From: Octopus sinensis
Lineage: Eukaryota
Assembly (NCBI RefSeq): GCF_006345805.1
Contig: NC_042997.1
Coordinates: forward strand, 187,612,001 to 187,676,000
Length of the DNA stretch: 64,000 nt
Direction: 5' to 3'
Within the stretch, counting starts at the first letter, position 1; the number at the start of each line of letters is the position of its first letter. Below, in pieces: positions 38,901 through 49,519 of this stretch. The translations under genes were made by a program, and so were the position numbers. Below the pieces are notes generated by a model. That model was not told where the DNA came from, ran no database searches, and was given only the letters and a program-made list of their open reading frames with translations.

Positions 38901-41900
38901 GAAAAAGAAGAGTTATGCCAAGTTGATTGCTACACAGTAAGAACCATTAAGGATATGAAGGAAGGGAAAGTAGTTAGTCCATTATGGATTGTTGTTGAGA
39001 CACTAAAAATAACTCGCAAAGTAGGGCATGCACTGGTTACTTGCATAGCCAGTCATGAGGTGCAGGAAGGGTTTTATCCTCTACTGATGGCATATTGATA
39101 TCATTGTGACCTACTACAAGGACAAGAAAGGACTACAGAGGTGTTAAACTGATGGACTATATCATGAAAGCATCAGAGAGATCCAAACTAATCAAGGAAA
39201 GAACTAACTTACATGATGTGCTGTTTGAATTTGGGCCAGGATGTGGAACCACTAAGTCCTTTTTTTTTGTGAGGCAACTGCACAAGAAGTCCTCAGTAAA
39301 AACAGACCGTTATACTGAGCACCCATTGACTTGAATTTTTTTTTTATGGAGTCGCCTATTCTGTTGTCTGATGACTACTAAGGAAACAGGACTAGGATAT
39401 GACATTTACTGAAAGATTGATAGCACAACTGATTAGGGAGAGAATTAGCCTGGATGTGATGCAGTTAATTTCTGTGTTGAGTAAAGTTTCTACTCATGTA
39501 TTTTTCCAAATGAGACAGCTGCAAGAAAAGACAACTGCAAGAAAAGAAAACAACTACAAAATAAACTAAAAGTAAACTGCTGCACCGAGCATTTGTCAAC
39601 CTTGAGGAGGGGATGATGGGATAATCTAGTGATTGCTAAGGAAACTAGGAATAGATGGATGGCTTATGAGGGCTGTACAAGCCAAATACAAAGGTGTAAT
39701 CAGCAAGGTGAGAATAATGAGTATAGTACACATGGGATCAGTTTTCAAATCCCTTCTATTTATCATACATTTCCAGGCCATAACAGATGAGTTTTAACAC
39801 TGGTTGTCTATCAGAACTTCTACATGAAGATGTTCTTATAGCTAAAACTTCAGTAAAATTAGAGAAATTCTGGACATGGAAGTAAAACCAAGAATCAAAA
39901 AGGCCTCAAAGTAAATTAAGCATAGGCTATGATATTAGTAAGAAAAGACAAAACTCTTGTACCATCAAGGAAATAGCCTTACTCAGATTGCAGAACTATA
40001 GACTAGGTAGAAATTTATTGAATGCACTTGGAGTAAATTATGGATACACAACAGACATAATAGAGTCAGAGGTAGGCTAACAAGGAAGTAGGCTTTATAT
40101 GCAGTATATGATCAGGAGCAGTAAACTTTAAGAGCACATCTGAAAAAGATTCACTCAAATACTTTGAGAATTCCCAAGAAATAGTTGATAGTATTTGCTA
40201 CTTAGATGATCTAATTAATGGTGAAGGTAGGTGCTCCAAAAGCATAGTAGCCAGAATAATAATGCACTACAGAAGTTCAAGGAGCTATTAACCACTTGTA
40301 ACAAAAGGTTTCTCTCTGAAAGTGAAGAGGAGACTTTATGATGTTAGTATTATTGACTTTTTTTTGGTCATTGGTCAATGGTATTTCAGAGACTTAACTA
40401 TCTCTGTTGTACCTGTGTTGTTTCCTGAAACAAGTGCCTAGCCCCCAAGTATACTTACCACCACTCTATTTAGTGATGCAACACAATGAAAAGAGAAGTC
40501 AATATGTTTGCAGCATCCATGGAACTACAGAAAATACCAGATATCAATTAAGTATAATCATTCATATTGCTTTGGATTCCCTCCCTCCAGATTTTCTGTT
40601 GGAGTTTACTCCCTTAATCTTTTTGAACACTCAATAAATTACTCCACAAGGCAGCAAGGGTTTACTATTACAGTGGGTATGGTTTGTGCAGTATCAGTCT
40701 TACTCTCTCTCATCTGTCAAACTTGAACTGTTCTGGTGCAACATGTGCCATGACCCCAGTAATTAACAGAATGCAGGACTTGTATGGGGTTATCTTCTCT
40801 TAGATGAGCAACGAAAAAGCTACAGAACCTTATCTACCCTGGTTTTGTTGGAGTATCTGTAAGTGACTATCTTCTAGAAACAATTCCATGACATGCTAAT
40901 TAACCTACAGCTGGGATTATTACTTCAGATCTGAATAGAACTGGGAACAAAAGTGACTAAGAGGTGGTTCCACACTCCTCCAAATCTTGGACTTCCTGAA
41001 CCAGGGCCCCACTACCAGATGCAATTTAAAGTCATACCCAGGATGTTTGTATACCAAGTATAATATTGAATGGTAAGTGAGATGTGGACTCTAAATGCAG
41101 AGGATTTGTGAAGACTAAAGGGAAAGGAAATAAGCATGTATGCTTGTTTCATTGTTGGATATGCAATAATATGTATATGTATGAAGGAGTACTAATAAGC
41201 AAAGAGGAAATCTGTGCATAAGAGTAATGAAATGCAGTGAGTTAAAGAAGACTAGCATGGGAATGTGATGCATATAGAGAACGACAGCTTTATAAAGAAG
41301 TGTAGAGCACTCAAAATTGATGAAACTAGTGAAAAGGGTAAACCTATTATGACCTGAGATGAAGTGATGTAGACTGATTTCAAGATGCTGAGCTTTGCAG
41401 AGATGACATAATCACAAGTGGTGACAAATGGTAGCAGTAGTGATAGAGGTTGAGATGAATACCTTTATGTTTAGGTTTTCTCTCTTATGTTCCAGTTATG
41501 ACTCCATCTACTACTCTCCCTCATCTATCAAACACTCTCTCTCCTATTCACAGTATCATAACATCTGTATAACAAGGGATGGCACTGAATTTGCGGTAAT
41601 ATTCAATCTCTAATATCATTATTCTTCTTTACTGCTGTGGCCTATGCCAGTGGTGTAACCAGCCCACTTAGGCATACCTTTCTTTCATTGGACACTAAAC
41701 TCTGCTTGCAAAGACCTGTTGAGGCAAGTGAAATCAAAATCAAATTCGATGACAGCACCGCATGACTGACATCCATGCTAGTGGAGCACTAAGAGCACCA
41801 TTCAAGCATGATCATTGCCAGGGCCGCTGACTAGCCCCCATTCCGGTGGTACATAAAAAGCACCATTCGACCGTGATCATTACCAGTGTCGCCTTACTGG

Positions 41901-44900
41901 CACTTGTGCCGGTGGTACGTGAAAAACAACATTCGAGCGAGAGCATTGCTAGTGCCACTGGACTGGCTCCTGTGCAGGTAACACGTAAAAACACCATTTG
42001 AGTGTGGCTGTTGCCAGTACCGCCTGACTGGCCCTCATGCCGGTGGCACATAAAAGCACCCACTACACTCTCAGAGTGGTTGGCATTAGGAAGGGCATCC
42101 AGCTGTAGAAACTCTGCCAGATCAGATTGGAGCCTGGTGCAGCCATCTGGCTCACCAGTCCCCAGTCAAACCGTCCAACCCATGCCAGCATGGAAAGTGG
42201 ACGCTAAAGGATGACGATGATGAGTTTCTGCTTGTGTTAAGTTTAGGAAATCAGCTTGAATGCAGATTTCTTCAACTTAACAAAAGTAGAAATTGGTTTT
42301 GGAAAAAAAAAAGTTTCAATGTCCTTATAAGTATTCTGAAACCTTTCCAATATATTCCTTGAAAGTGTGTTGTGTGTTCATTATAATGAGCAGAGGATCA
42401 AAAAAAGGCACATCATTATAAAAATATGGCTATTATATTCAACCACTGCTGCTTTAAGGTTCAAATTAAGACCACTGATATTTTTACAGTAATTCTAGAA
42501 TTATTCTAGAATCAATGTGAGAAAATCACAGTTCAATTCTAGTGCACACAAATTTTACTAAGTATCATCTTAAATACACTGAGACAATATATCAAAAAGT
42601 AAGAGCTATAAATAAGATTTTTGCTTTTTTGACCAGAATCTACCTGGTCAGTATAAAACAAGCTTGTTTTTCTCGCTTCAGATTATTATAGTGTAATTTT
42701 ACCTCTGATACTGACCACAGTAATCAGAATTAAGGGTGGTAGGACTGTGTTTTCAATAAAGTATGAACACTAACTACTAAGGCTGAAGGGACCAGATACC
42801 TTACATGATGAAATCAAGATATGAAAACTATCTGCCCATGGTGAACTACTTCAAAAAGTAGCTGATAACAAACTGATTGCCTACAGAGAATGGCAATAGA
42901 TGGCTTTGTAAAACAATTGGTAAGAAGTTATCAGGTACAAAATTTGAAAACATCCAGAAGAAAAGTAGGAAAGAAGTATTAAAAAACAAAAGAAAGAATA
43001 TATCTCCCAGCCAAGTCTATAATTGCTTAATCTGCTTCAGAGTTAGAAAATACAGAATCAATTTCTACTGTAACCAGAAAATCTTGGTACCAAGGAGAGA
43101 CATCTGGTTAATCTTCAAATGCAAATAGCTTCCACCATAGCAACGGATTAACAGTTAAAAAAATATGAATACACACATACACTGACATAGGAATACAAAT
43201 AGGCATAGAGAAAGAAAGAATTTTCAAATATTCCACACATTTCCAATTAAAAAATATAAATTTGCAAATGAAACAATATTTTGGCTATACTCACATCCTG
43301 GTCCTAAACAACTACAGTCTGGAATGTCTACTTTTATATTTCCTTTGAGTCGATTAAATAAATTAGCACCATCATCATTTTCTTTCATATTGTCATTTTG
43401 AGAATTTTGGGGTAAAGTATCTTCCTGAGGTTCTGTTTTCACTTGGGGATTAGATTCCATTTTGCCCTCGTAACATGAATTTTTCTTAGTATCAGCAGAA
43501 TATTTGTTATTAAAGATATGTTTAACAGTGGAATTAAAAGCATCTGAAATTTTTGCCATTTTCTCACTAGGAATTTTGGTATTTTTGGGACAAGAATTAA
43601 GGAAAGCACTTTGAAAATTACTGTCAGTAAAATTTGAATTATTTATTGAAAATTTATATTTAACATCTGAAGATAATGGATTTCCATGTTTGTCTGTTTC
43701 AATTTTTATATTATTCAGTTTAAATTGTGTATTATTGTCAGGGGATATTTCTGGTGTACATGCATTGAGTGGTTTTAAATCACTATTGGTAATAGAGCCA
43801 GCAGCAGCAGCAAGCTTTACTTTATCCATACACTGAGATTTTGGCAATGATTGGCTGGAAATATGTGCACTTGAACTAGAAGGATGAATTGTTTGGTAAT
43901 TATTTACAGAATGAGAAGATGGTACAGTCATTTGATTTGAAGACATACTCATCAGAGAGTTCTTTGAATTTGAGCTAAAAGTATCCCGAAATGTAGGCAA
44001 AGGGACTAATGAAACAGGTTTTAAGGATGAAGATGTTGCCACATCAACAGAAGAGTCAATATCAGAAACTGGTTCAGTTTTTACCTGAATCATATTAGCA
44101 TTTCCCTCAGTGAATGGCTGCCAAAGAGATTTCCTACTGCTGCCAAAGTATTGTTGGTCAGATAGGAAATCCTCTTTTTTGATTGAAGCAGGCACCATAT
44201 TTTTAACAACTTCTTCATATGAAGGAGGCTTTGGGTATGGGGGTGGAGGAGGTGGAAAAGTACTGTAAGTTCGGTGATTGGATTGATTGGATAATGTACT
44301 TGAACTATAAGAAGTTTTGTTGGCAGCACAGGTATAAATGCTTGAAGTATACTGTGGAGTAACTATATTAGATGCAGAACAAACATGATCACTCATAGAT
44401 TTAGCACTAATCAATGGCATTCCAAGCAAATGATGTGGTAAATATCGATGCTGTTTAATATTATCAGTTTTTAATTTTGAAGCATGCTCTGGAAACGAGA
44501 CTGCTACATTGTGATCTCCCATTTGTATATTACCATATCTTGAAGAGGCATGGGAACCATATTGTACATTAGAAAGGTTGCTGTGAGCTTTTGGAGGAAA
44601 TTGTACTTTATTATACTGCATATATTCAGGTTGTTGTTGAAGAGGATTTGTAGAAGCAATATTGGCAGGCATTGTTGTAAGGTTCATAGCATTTGGTAGA
44701 GGATCAAACGCTGATAACTGAAGCTGACTGTTGAACATAGAATCATTTAATGCGGATTGCATTCTGTGTTCAGCTGAAAGCATTCTGTTATCAGGGGGTA
44801 GATTTTTCAAAGAACTTCTGGATTTTGTTACTTTTATCTGACTTCTGTATGATGGAGATTTTACAGTTCTTGGTTTTGATGCAGTACCAGACCTAGCTGA

Positions 44901-46253
44901 CACCCTTGGCTGGTTAAGTTTTGCTCTTTCATTATACTGTGAGCTATCAGGCACCCAAGTTGATGAATTATGAATATCTGAATTAACTGAATTAATAACA
45001 ACATTTTGAGCAGGTGATAAAATATTTTGAGCTAAGTCATCTTTTGAAGATCCTGAATGAGAAGATGACTCATGACTGTAACTTCTTGCAATACACTGAC
45101 TGTCAGATAATATGACATTTGAATCAGTTTCTTCTTTTCTATACATTTGAGAAGTGTTTCCTGATTTATCATAACAATATGGTAAATTGGAAGTAGGTTT
45201 CATAATTTGATCATTCATGGATAGAGTCTTACTCAGATCATTACAACTAGTTGAGACATTGCTTACAATAACAGAGTCTACATTATTTGTTTTACTAGTT
45301 TCTATTAAAGTTTTACCAACATTTGAATTACTAGAGCACAATTGTGTCCGGTCGATAGACATATCAACTGGCGCGATTGGAGAAAGGACTGATGAGCTAG
45401 GACTCTGTAACATAACAGTAGTCACAGCTGGCCATGATGATGGAGGTATGTGGGATGAAGAAGAAGAAGAATTTTCTGAATGAGAAATTTTCAGTCGCTT
45501 AGATTTCAACATGTCATCAGTGTTGAGACTTTTTCTAGATTCAGATAATTGGCATAGCATATTTAGAGGGTTCTTTCTAACAGATTCTTCAGAAATTTCA
45601 TTACACAACATATTTTCATATGATACAGAAGGAGGCAATGACTGTGCCACATGGGGAGTCATTTGACTACTTACAGCTGCAGAGTTAGATTGCTTTGAGA
45701 TCAGGCTTTGTTCACAGCTGGTGTTAACTTCTAAATTCTCTCTTAGAGGAACCATCACATCTGAATCTGGAGAATAGCCTTTTTCACTGCGAGAACCATT
45801 GTCAAAAGTTCCAGTTCTGGGATTACAAGATATTTGATTTAAATGTAAATTATTTCCTTCTTGAACATCATCAACATTTTTCTGATGAGTGTCAGCAAAA
45901 CTATTGGTTATATTTTGCAACTGGTTACTATTAACACATTTTAATTCAGTAAATGCATATCCCTGAGATTGTAATGTCTTTTGATGGTTCATCTCTGGTT
46001 GAATGGACTGGAGTTCATTATTAATATGGCTGCTTTCCATTTCAGAGTTCTTTTCAGTTGAACAGCAGGATGAAGAAACAATACTGTTGTCACAATTATC
46101 CTTGATTGATAATGTTGTTCTTGGGGACTGCATAGATTCAGCTTCCTGAGTTTGATTTTGAAAAACATCACTGTTAAATAACTGAGACTTTGGAACATTT
46201 GAAACTGCATCCTCTGGGAGATTATCCTGTGCTGTTCTTAATGTTTTATGTAC
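17113..46253 (-). CDS. TET: TET-family methylcytosine dioxygenase (Fe(II)/2-oxoglutarate), spliced CDS of 8 exons; 5' end possibly outside the window
   Basis: Joined exons read [164 protein letters not shown]. These are diagnostic TET motifs. All introns are GT-AG and phases are compatible (5724 nt total). Confidence 0.97.
19495..19640 (-). repeat. Dispersed repeat, Penelope-like terminal fragment (tentative class)
   Basis: Reverse complement of 58100-58270 (GAAGAGCGTAGGCTCGAA..AAAGACTT..CACCACCTGTCTT). Confidence 0.6.
20013..20165 (-). CDS. TET: TET exon, 153 nt, with the HxD iron-binding motif ([34 protein letters not shown])
   Basis: aaaacAG acceptor and GTAAAT donor; H-K-D motif. Confidence 0.96.
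20350..20688 (-). mobile_element. tRNA-derived CORE-type SINE family C
   Basis: Minus strand reads GTGAAGGTGCATGGTTCAGTGGTTAGAGC (A-box like)..TTGAATCCCGG (B-box like)..TTCTTGAGCAAGACACTTTATTTCAC..CTGTAGAAATGAGT (CORE-like). Confidence 0.85.
21130..21219 (-). CDS. TET: TET exon, 90 nt ([30 protein letters not shown])
   Basis: ttcattttAG acceptor and GTAAAG donor; matches the TET LAPxYKxxAPxxYNNQ pattern. Confidence 0.93.
22985..23200 (+). mobile_element. Mariner-like DNA transposon left-end remnant
   Basis: GGTATCAAAAGGTTCCCAGACTAG resembles a mariner TIR, followed by a typical leader and GATTTTATCATGGAC. Confidence 0.4.
23262..23406 (-). CDS. TET: TET exon, 145 nt ([48 protein letters not shown])
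   Basis: cttttacttcAG acceptor and GTAAGT donor; [19 protein letters not shown] motif. Confidence 0.96.
25038..25126. repeat. (TA)n microsatellite, about 90 bp
   Basis: Direct reading. Confidence 0.95.
25191..25319. repeat. Inverted repeat: 58-bp arms, 13-nt loop, 3 mismatches
   Basis: 25191-25248 versus the reverse complement of 25262-25319, aligned by eye. Confidence 0.93.
25802..26270 (+). mobile_element. RTE LINE 3' UTR with 4-unit tandem array (subfamily 2)
   Basis: GAGGAGACCTATTGAGTCAAG.., GTGCCGGTGGCACGTAAAAAGCACC units, GGAAGGGCATCCAGCTGTAGAAAC core, (GAT)n tail. Confidence 0.88.
26996..27204 (-). CDS. TET: TET exon, 209 nt ([23 protein letters not shown]...RRCGYNEQ)
   Basis: tttactttcAG acceptor and GTATGT donor; Cys-rich domain motifs. 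The ORF-track ORF 26980..27558 overruns this exon into intron. Confidence 0.95.
27612..27877. mobile_element. hAT-type MITE
   Basis: Ends CAAGTGTTTTCAAC and GTTGAGAACCACTG; 8-bp flanks CTCTAAAC and ATCTAAAC. Confidence 0.75.
30210..30303 (-). CDS. TET: TET exon, 94 nt ([31 protein letters not shown])
   Basis: tttctacAG acceptor and GTAAGT donor; [17 protein letters not shown] motif. Confidence 0.96.
31229..31588 (+). mobile_element. Non-autonomous Helitron
   Basis: 5' TC preceded by A; 3' hairpin TATGACCCGGC-AAC-GCTGGGTCATA (31557-31581) followed by CTAG and then T. Confidence 0.82.
32440..32590 (+). mobile_element. 5'-truncated SINE, family B-related
   Basis: TTCTGAGTTCAAAT..GGTCGACTTTGCCTTTAATCC..GTCGATAAATTAAGTACCAG. 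Confidence 0.75.
32797..32887 (-). CDS. TET: TET exon, 91 nt ([31 protein letters not shown])
   Basis: ttttatgcttAG acceptor and GTAAGT donor; [10 protein letters not shown] motif. Not in the ORF track. Confidence 0.95.
33450..35660 (-). mobile_element. Degenerate CR1/L2/Jockey-group LINE (endonuclease to RT), interrupted by a SINE
   Basis: Interrupted minus-strand reading [31 protein letters not shown] and an ALD-SKAFD-like segment (about 34490-34190). Boundaries approximate. Confidence 0.6.
35138..35371 (-). mobile_element. SINE family B, full length
   Basis: Near identical to 2271-2503; flanking direct repeat GTGGTATAT. Confidence 0.9.
35886..35940. repeat. (TA)n microsatellite following an RTE-type 3' remnant (about 35780-35880)
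   Basis: Direct reading. Confidence 0.85.
36112..36365. repeat. AT-rich palindrome (fold-back), about 254 bp
   Basis: The outer 50 bp of the arms differ at one base; centre GATTATTTAAA-AAGGC-TTTAAATAATC. Confidence 0.92.
36973..37134 (-). mobile_element. SINE family B, internally deleted, nested in the hAT MITE
   Basis: Shares both ends with 35138-35371 but lacks the middle. Confidence 0.8.
37191..37485 (-). mobile_element. RTE 3' UTR fragment (3 tandem units), nested in the hAT MITE
   Basis: GCTTTCCATGCTAGCATGGGTTGG..GGATGCCCTTCCTAATGCCAACC..GGTGCTTTTTACGTGCCACCGGCAC. Confidence 0.85.
37872..38050 (-). mobile_element. RTE 3' end fragment
   Basis: (ATC)n-GTTTAACGTCCGCTTTCCATGC through the first array unit. 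Confidence 0.85.
38090..38390 (+). mobile_element. Possible decayed Helitron-like non-autonomous element
   Basis: Start TATAATAATAAAAGTGCAATTCTGTCTGTCCGTCTG resembles the start of 31229; the 3' hairpin is not convincing. Confidence 0.3.
38850..41420 (+). mobile_element. Old fragmented RTE LINE (RT and C-terminal pieces) interleaved with other repeats
   Basis: [36 protein letters not shown] (39140-39300); [15 protein letters not shown] (about 40230-40330); [13 protein letters not shown] (about 41290-41420). Confidence 0.65.
41635..42223 (+). mobile_element. RTE 3' UTR with 5-unit tandem array (subfamily 1)
   Basis: GTGGCCTATGCCAGTGGTGTAACCAGCCCACTT start as in the 14416-15014 copy; core motif and GATGACGATGATGA tail. 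Confidence 0.85.
43295..46253 (-). CDS. TET: TET large N-terminal exon (2959 nt): low-complexity region plus start of the Cys-rich domain
   Basis: Acceptor ttttaatttttcAG|GTACAT at 46253. The frame is open for 40 codons before ATG 46133 and on to [10 protein letters not shown]. Donor T|GTGAGT at 43295 (phase 1) joins the next exon as TAT. The start coordinate is less certain than the end. Confidence 0.88.
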
Positions 46254-46954
46254 CTGAAAAATTAAAATGTAAATATAAGTTTTCTTTCAAAATAGCATGT
46301 CATAACACAAGTATTATTGTCAGCATTTTGCCTCTTTTAGCTCATTCTTTTTGTATGTTACAGATATGCAGTGCAATATAACATGATATCAGCAAATAAT
46401 GCCTACAGCTTGGTCTTAATATATTCTTAAAACAGTATTTTGTTTCAAAATCTGATAATCCCTAGGCTAGTTCAAAAGCCATTATGTAACTGAAATTTAA
46501 TGATTACATATGATCTGTGTACAGAAAATGTGAATATACTCTCTCTCTCACACTCTCTCTCTCTTTCTGTCACACACACAAACAATGTGGGTGTATGGAT
46601 TTGCTTGAGAAAAAAAGCTTAAATTGCTCGATATAGACCTATATATGAATGGCACCTGCTATTAGTATAGAATATAATGCAATGTTTAGTTACAAAAACA
46701 GAGTGTCTTTTCACTATGATCACCATGTAAACTTTACAGATATGAAACTGAACAAGTGAAGAGACAGTAGCACAGCAGTAATTTACTTTGAAATTAATAG
46801 GAAAATGTGAGCTCATTTTTCATATCAGTGTTTTCTTTCAATAATTTATTCCTGTTTGTTTAAATAGTCTTATATGATATATTACAATATTTGAAAAAAT
46901 CATTAATAAATTAACAACAATGACTACTACTACTACTATTAATAATAATAATAA

Positions 46955-48017
46955 CACTGGCCAACAAATTCTAACTTTTTTCGGCTGACCTAAGTTTGAG
47001 ATCTGTTTGGGGGTAATTTGGGGTTACTGAGTTTAAAAATGGCAATAGTTGGGAACAGAAACTCTGACTAGTTAGGAAAAATTTGACTGTTGGGGAGAAG
47101 AATATCATACACTAACCATTTGTTGAGTGAAAGAAAATCATCCTTCCACCCCTTCATATTAAGCTAAGACTAATGAAGTAATTTATCAAAGTTCTTAACG
47201 TGGAAGGTAGCTGCTTCAAATTCATATGTACAGCATTTCCTGGTTTAAGTTATAAGAAAATAACAGCTTGTGTTTTTGATGGGCCACAAATCAGAAAGTT
47301 AACAGAAAGCCAGAATTTCTCAAGCTCGATGGCTGACATAAAAAAAAAAAACAGCATGGGATTCATTTGTGACTGTTGTGAAAGGATTTGGGGGAAGTGG
47401 AAGGTTGCAAACTACAAGAATTTGGTGGAGACATTAGTTGATAGCTTTCTTTTCTTTTAGGCTGCAAAATGAGCATAAAGCTTCATTTCCTCAATAGCCA
47501 TCTTGATGAATTTCCTGCCAGTCTTGTAGATGAGCGATGAGCACAGTGAGCATTTTCATCAAGCAATCAAGATTATGGAGGAGAGATATCAAGGCAGATG
47601 AAACACAGACATGACAGCAGACTACTGTTGGAGTATTCAAAGAGACTGTGTAGACATGAAAGTCTTCAGACACTCTCACAAGCGGAAATTTGTTCTGTGA
47701 ATATGAGGGTATGTGTATGATGTTTGTGTTTTATCCCATCATGTTAGAAAATTAACAGCAGGTATTTAGTAAAAGGTAATGCCATCTTATATTTCATATT
47801 CTATTGATATTATAACTTATGGTTTGAAGCTATAAGAGTTAGTGAACTATCCTGACCAGGTAAATTATTTATACAGTACATCATAAAATAAGGGTAAGCT
47901 ATAGAATGAAAACTTGATGTATTAGGTAAAAATGGATGCCATATATGAAATCAGCATCTCAAAATTAACTAAGAACCACCACAAAACCGAAGTCAGTAAA
48001 AAGTGTGTTGACCAGTG
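46955..48017 (+). mobile_element. Internally deleted Chapaev3-like (CMC) DNA transposon with transposase remnant
   Basis: Ends CACTGGCCAAC and GTTGACCAGTG, both flanked by TAA. Remnant reads FPGLSYKKITACVFDGPQIRKL..GCKMSIKLHFLNSHLDEFP..EHFHQAIKIMEERYQGR..ADYCWS. The family name comes from my recall of these motifs. Confidence 0.72.
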
Positions 48018-48375
48018 TAATCTGTAAAAATTTAACCTAAAACATGGGCAAACATAGTGTAATTCAAATATATAGAGAGGCCAAAAAATACTAGTTTCGT
48101 TGAAATAAAAGGAAGAGAATGAGAGCGAAAAGAAAAGGATTGCAAAGAAACAACAGACAGAAAGAAGAAAAGGAAAAAAAGGAAGGCAAGCGAGGGAAAA
48201 AATAACAAATGACTGACAGAGAAAGAGAGAAAAAATGGGCATTTGAAATAGTTAATATATGTACTTCATTGACTTAAGAAATGATTTGAGCTCTCTTTGT
48301 AAGTTAAACAATATTCAGCCAAGCAGCAGAACTCAATACTTATAACACAGCAAGACAGTCAACTTCGTTTTACAC

Positions 48376-48490
48376 ACACACATGCATGCATACACAAGCA
48401 CACACACACACACATATACACACACATACATTCACACATATATACATACACACACATATACACACACACATATACATACATACATATGTA
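48376..48490. repeat. (CA)n/(TACA)n compound microsatellite
   Basis: Direct reading. Confidence 0.9.
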
Positions 48491-48708
48491 TGTATAATTT
48501 CTTAGTGTTTGTGTCATGGATGTTTGATACTCTAATAGCCAGACACAGATGCATACACACACCAATGACAGTAACACAGCAGTGTGTGTGTTATCAAAGG
48601 AACTAAAAAGTGATTATAATGTAACATTTCCTGGTCTCTAATTTTTAATGTGTTTTACACCGTCCCTGCTGCTTTAATTTGTTCATGTCAATGCAAGCGC
48701 AAACTTAC

Positions 48709-48842
48709 TCAACTTCAGACTTAGCAGTATTCAACAGTGATATCAAAACTTTAACAGTCATTGCCAATCCTCATTCACAGAGTTTTGCCCTCATGGTCTT
48801 CACAGTGCAGTATGAGAGACAAACTCACAACATCAAATCTTT
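48709..48842 (-). other. Candidate non-coding (5' UTR) exon of TET
   Basis: Acceptor ttttgctttcattatcttAG and donor GTAAGT frame 134 nt of non-repeat sequence. All three frames contain stops. No transcript evidence. Confidence 0.22.
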
Positions 48843-49519
48843 CTAAGATAATGAAAGCAAAAATCTCTATTTCCAAAATATATATATATTAGAATAAATT
48901 AAATAGTAGATTCTAAATAAAGTGATGAAAAACCAATTTAACTTTTCAGTTGTTACTTATCCCATAGCAGCCTAAGTTGAACAAACTTCAGACATTCCAG
49001 CTGTGATCATCCCATTTATGTTCAGGTCCTTCATTTTTTTAAAAATAGGATATGATGTAAGAGGTTATTTCTTGATTGTTAGTTGAGTGTCTGTACTGGG
49101 TGGTAGTGCAACACATAAATAAGAAATATATAAATAATATTACATATAAAACTAGCAACTTGTTGCCTTTCCATTGAAATAAGAAGCATTATATATGCAT
49201 GATGGACCTGTTTGTTGCAGCAAAGAAGCTGCTATCTGCCAACTGTGAAACACAAAGATGCTGGTCAGAAGAACTTACAAAATCAACGGCCAGGGTCACC
49301 CATTTCAGTAAGGCAACTATTGCAACATTTATAAGTATGGTGTCTATAGATGGAATGTTCAGCTAATGAAAGATAAATATGAATGACCCTTACTCATATT
49401 AGAAGCTTAAATTGCTTTGCCTGTTGTGCAGGTCAACAAGAGGTGCATCCTAATGAGGTTGTGATTTTGACCACAGCATTCAAAAAGTCAGTAATGAAGT
49501 CAAACTCAAAACCTAACCT

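Noticed and set aside
43224-43294. C-terminal tail CEYSQNIV.. of the 969-aa ORF as a separate protein end
   Set aside because: Read-through past the GTGAGT donor; splicing restores the conserved TET sequence. An intronic-termination isoform cannot be excluded but has no support here.
46248-46256. AG|GT junctions at exon starts (46253, 20165, 19095) as recursive splice sites
   Set aside because: Exons starting with GT are common, and the following bases are weak donors.
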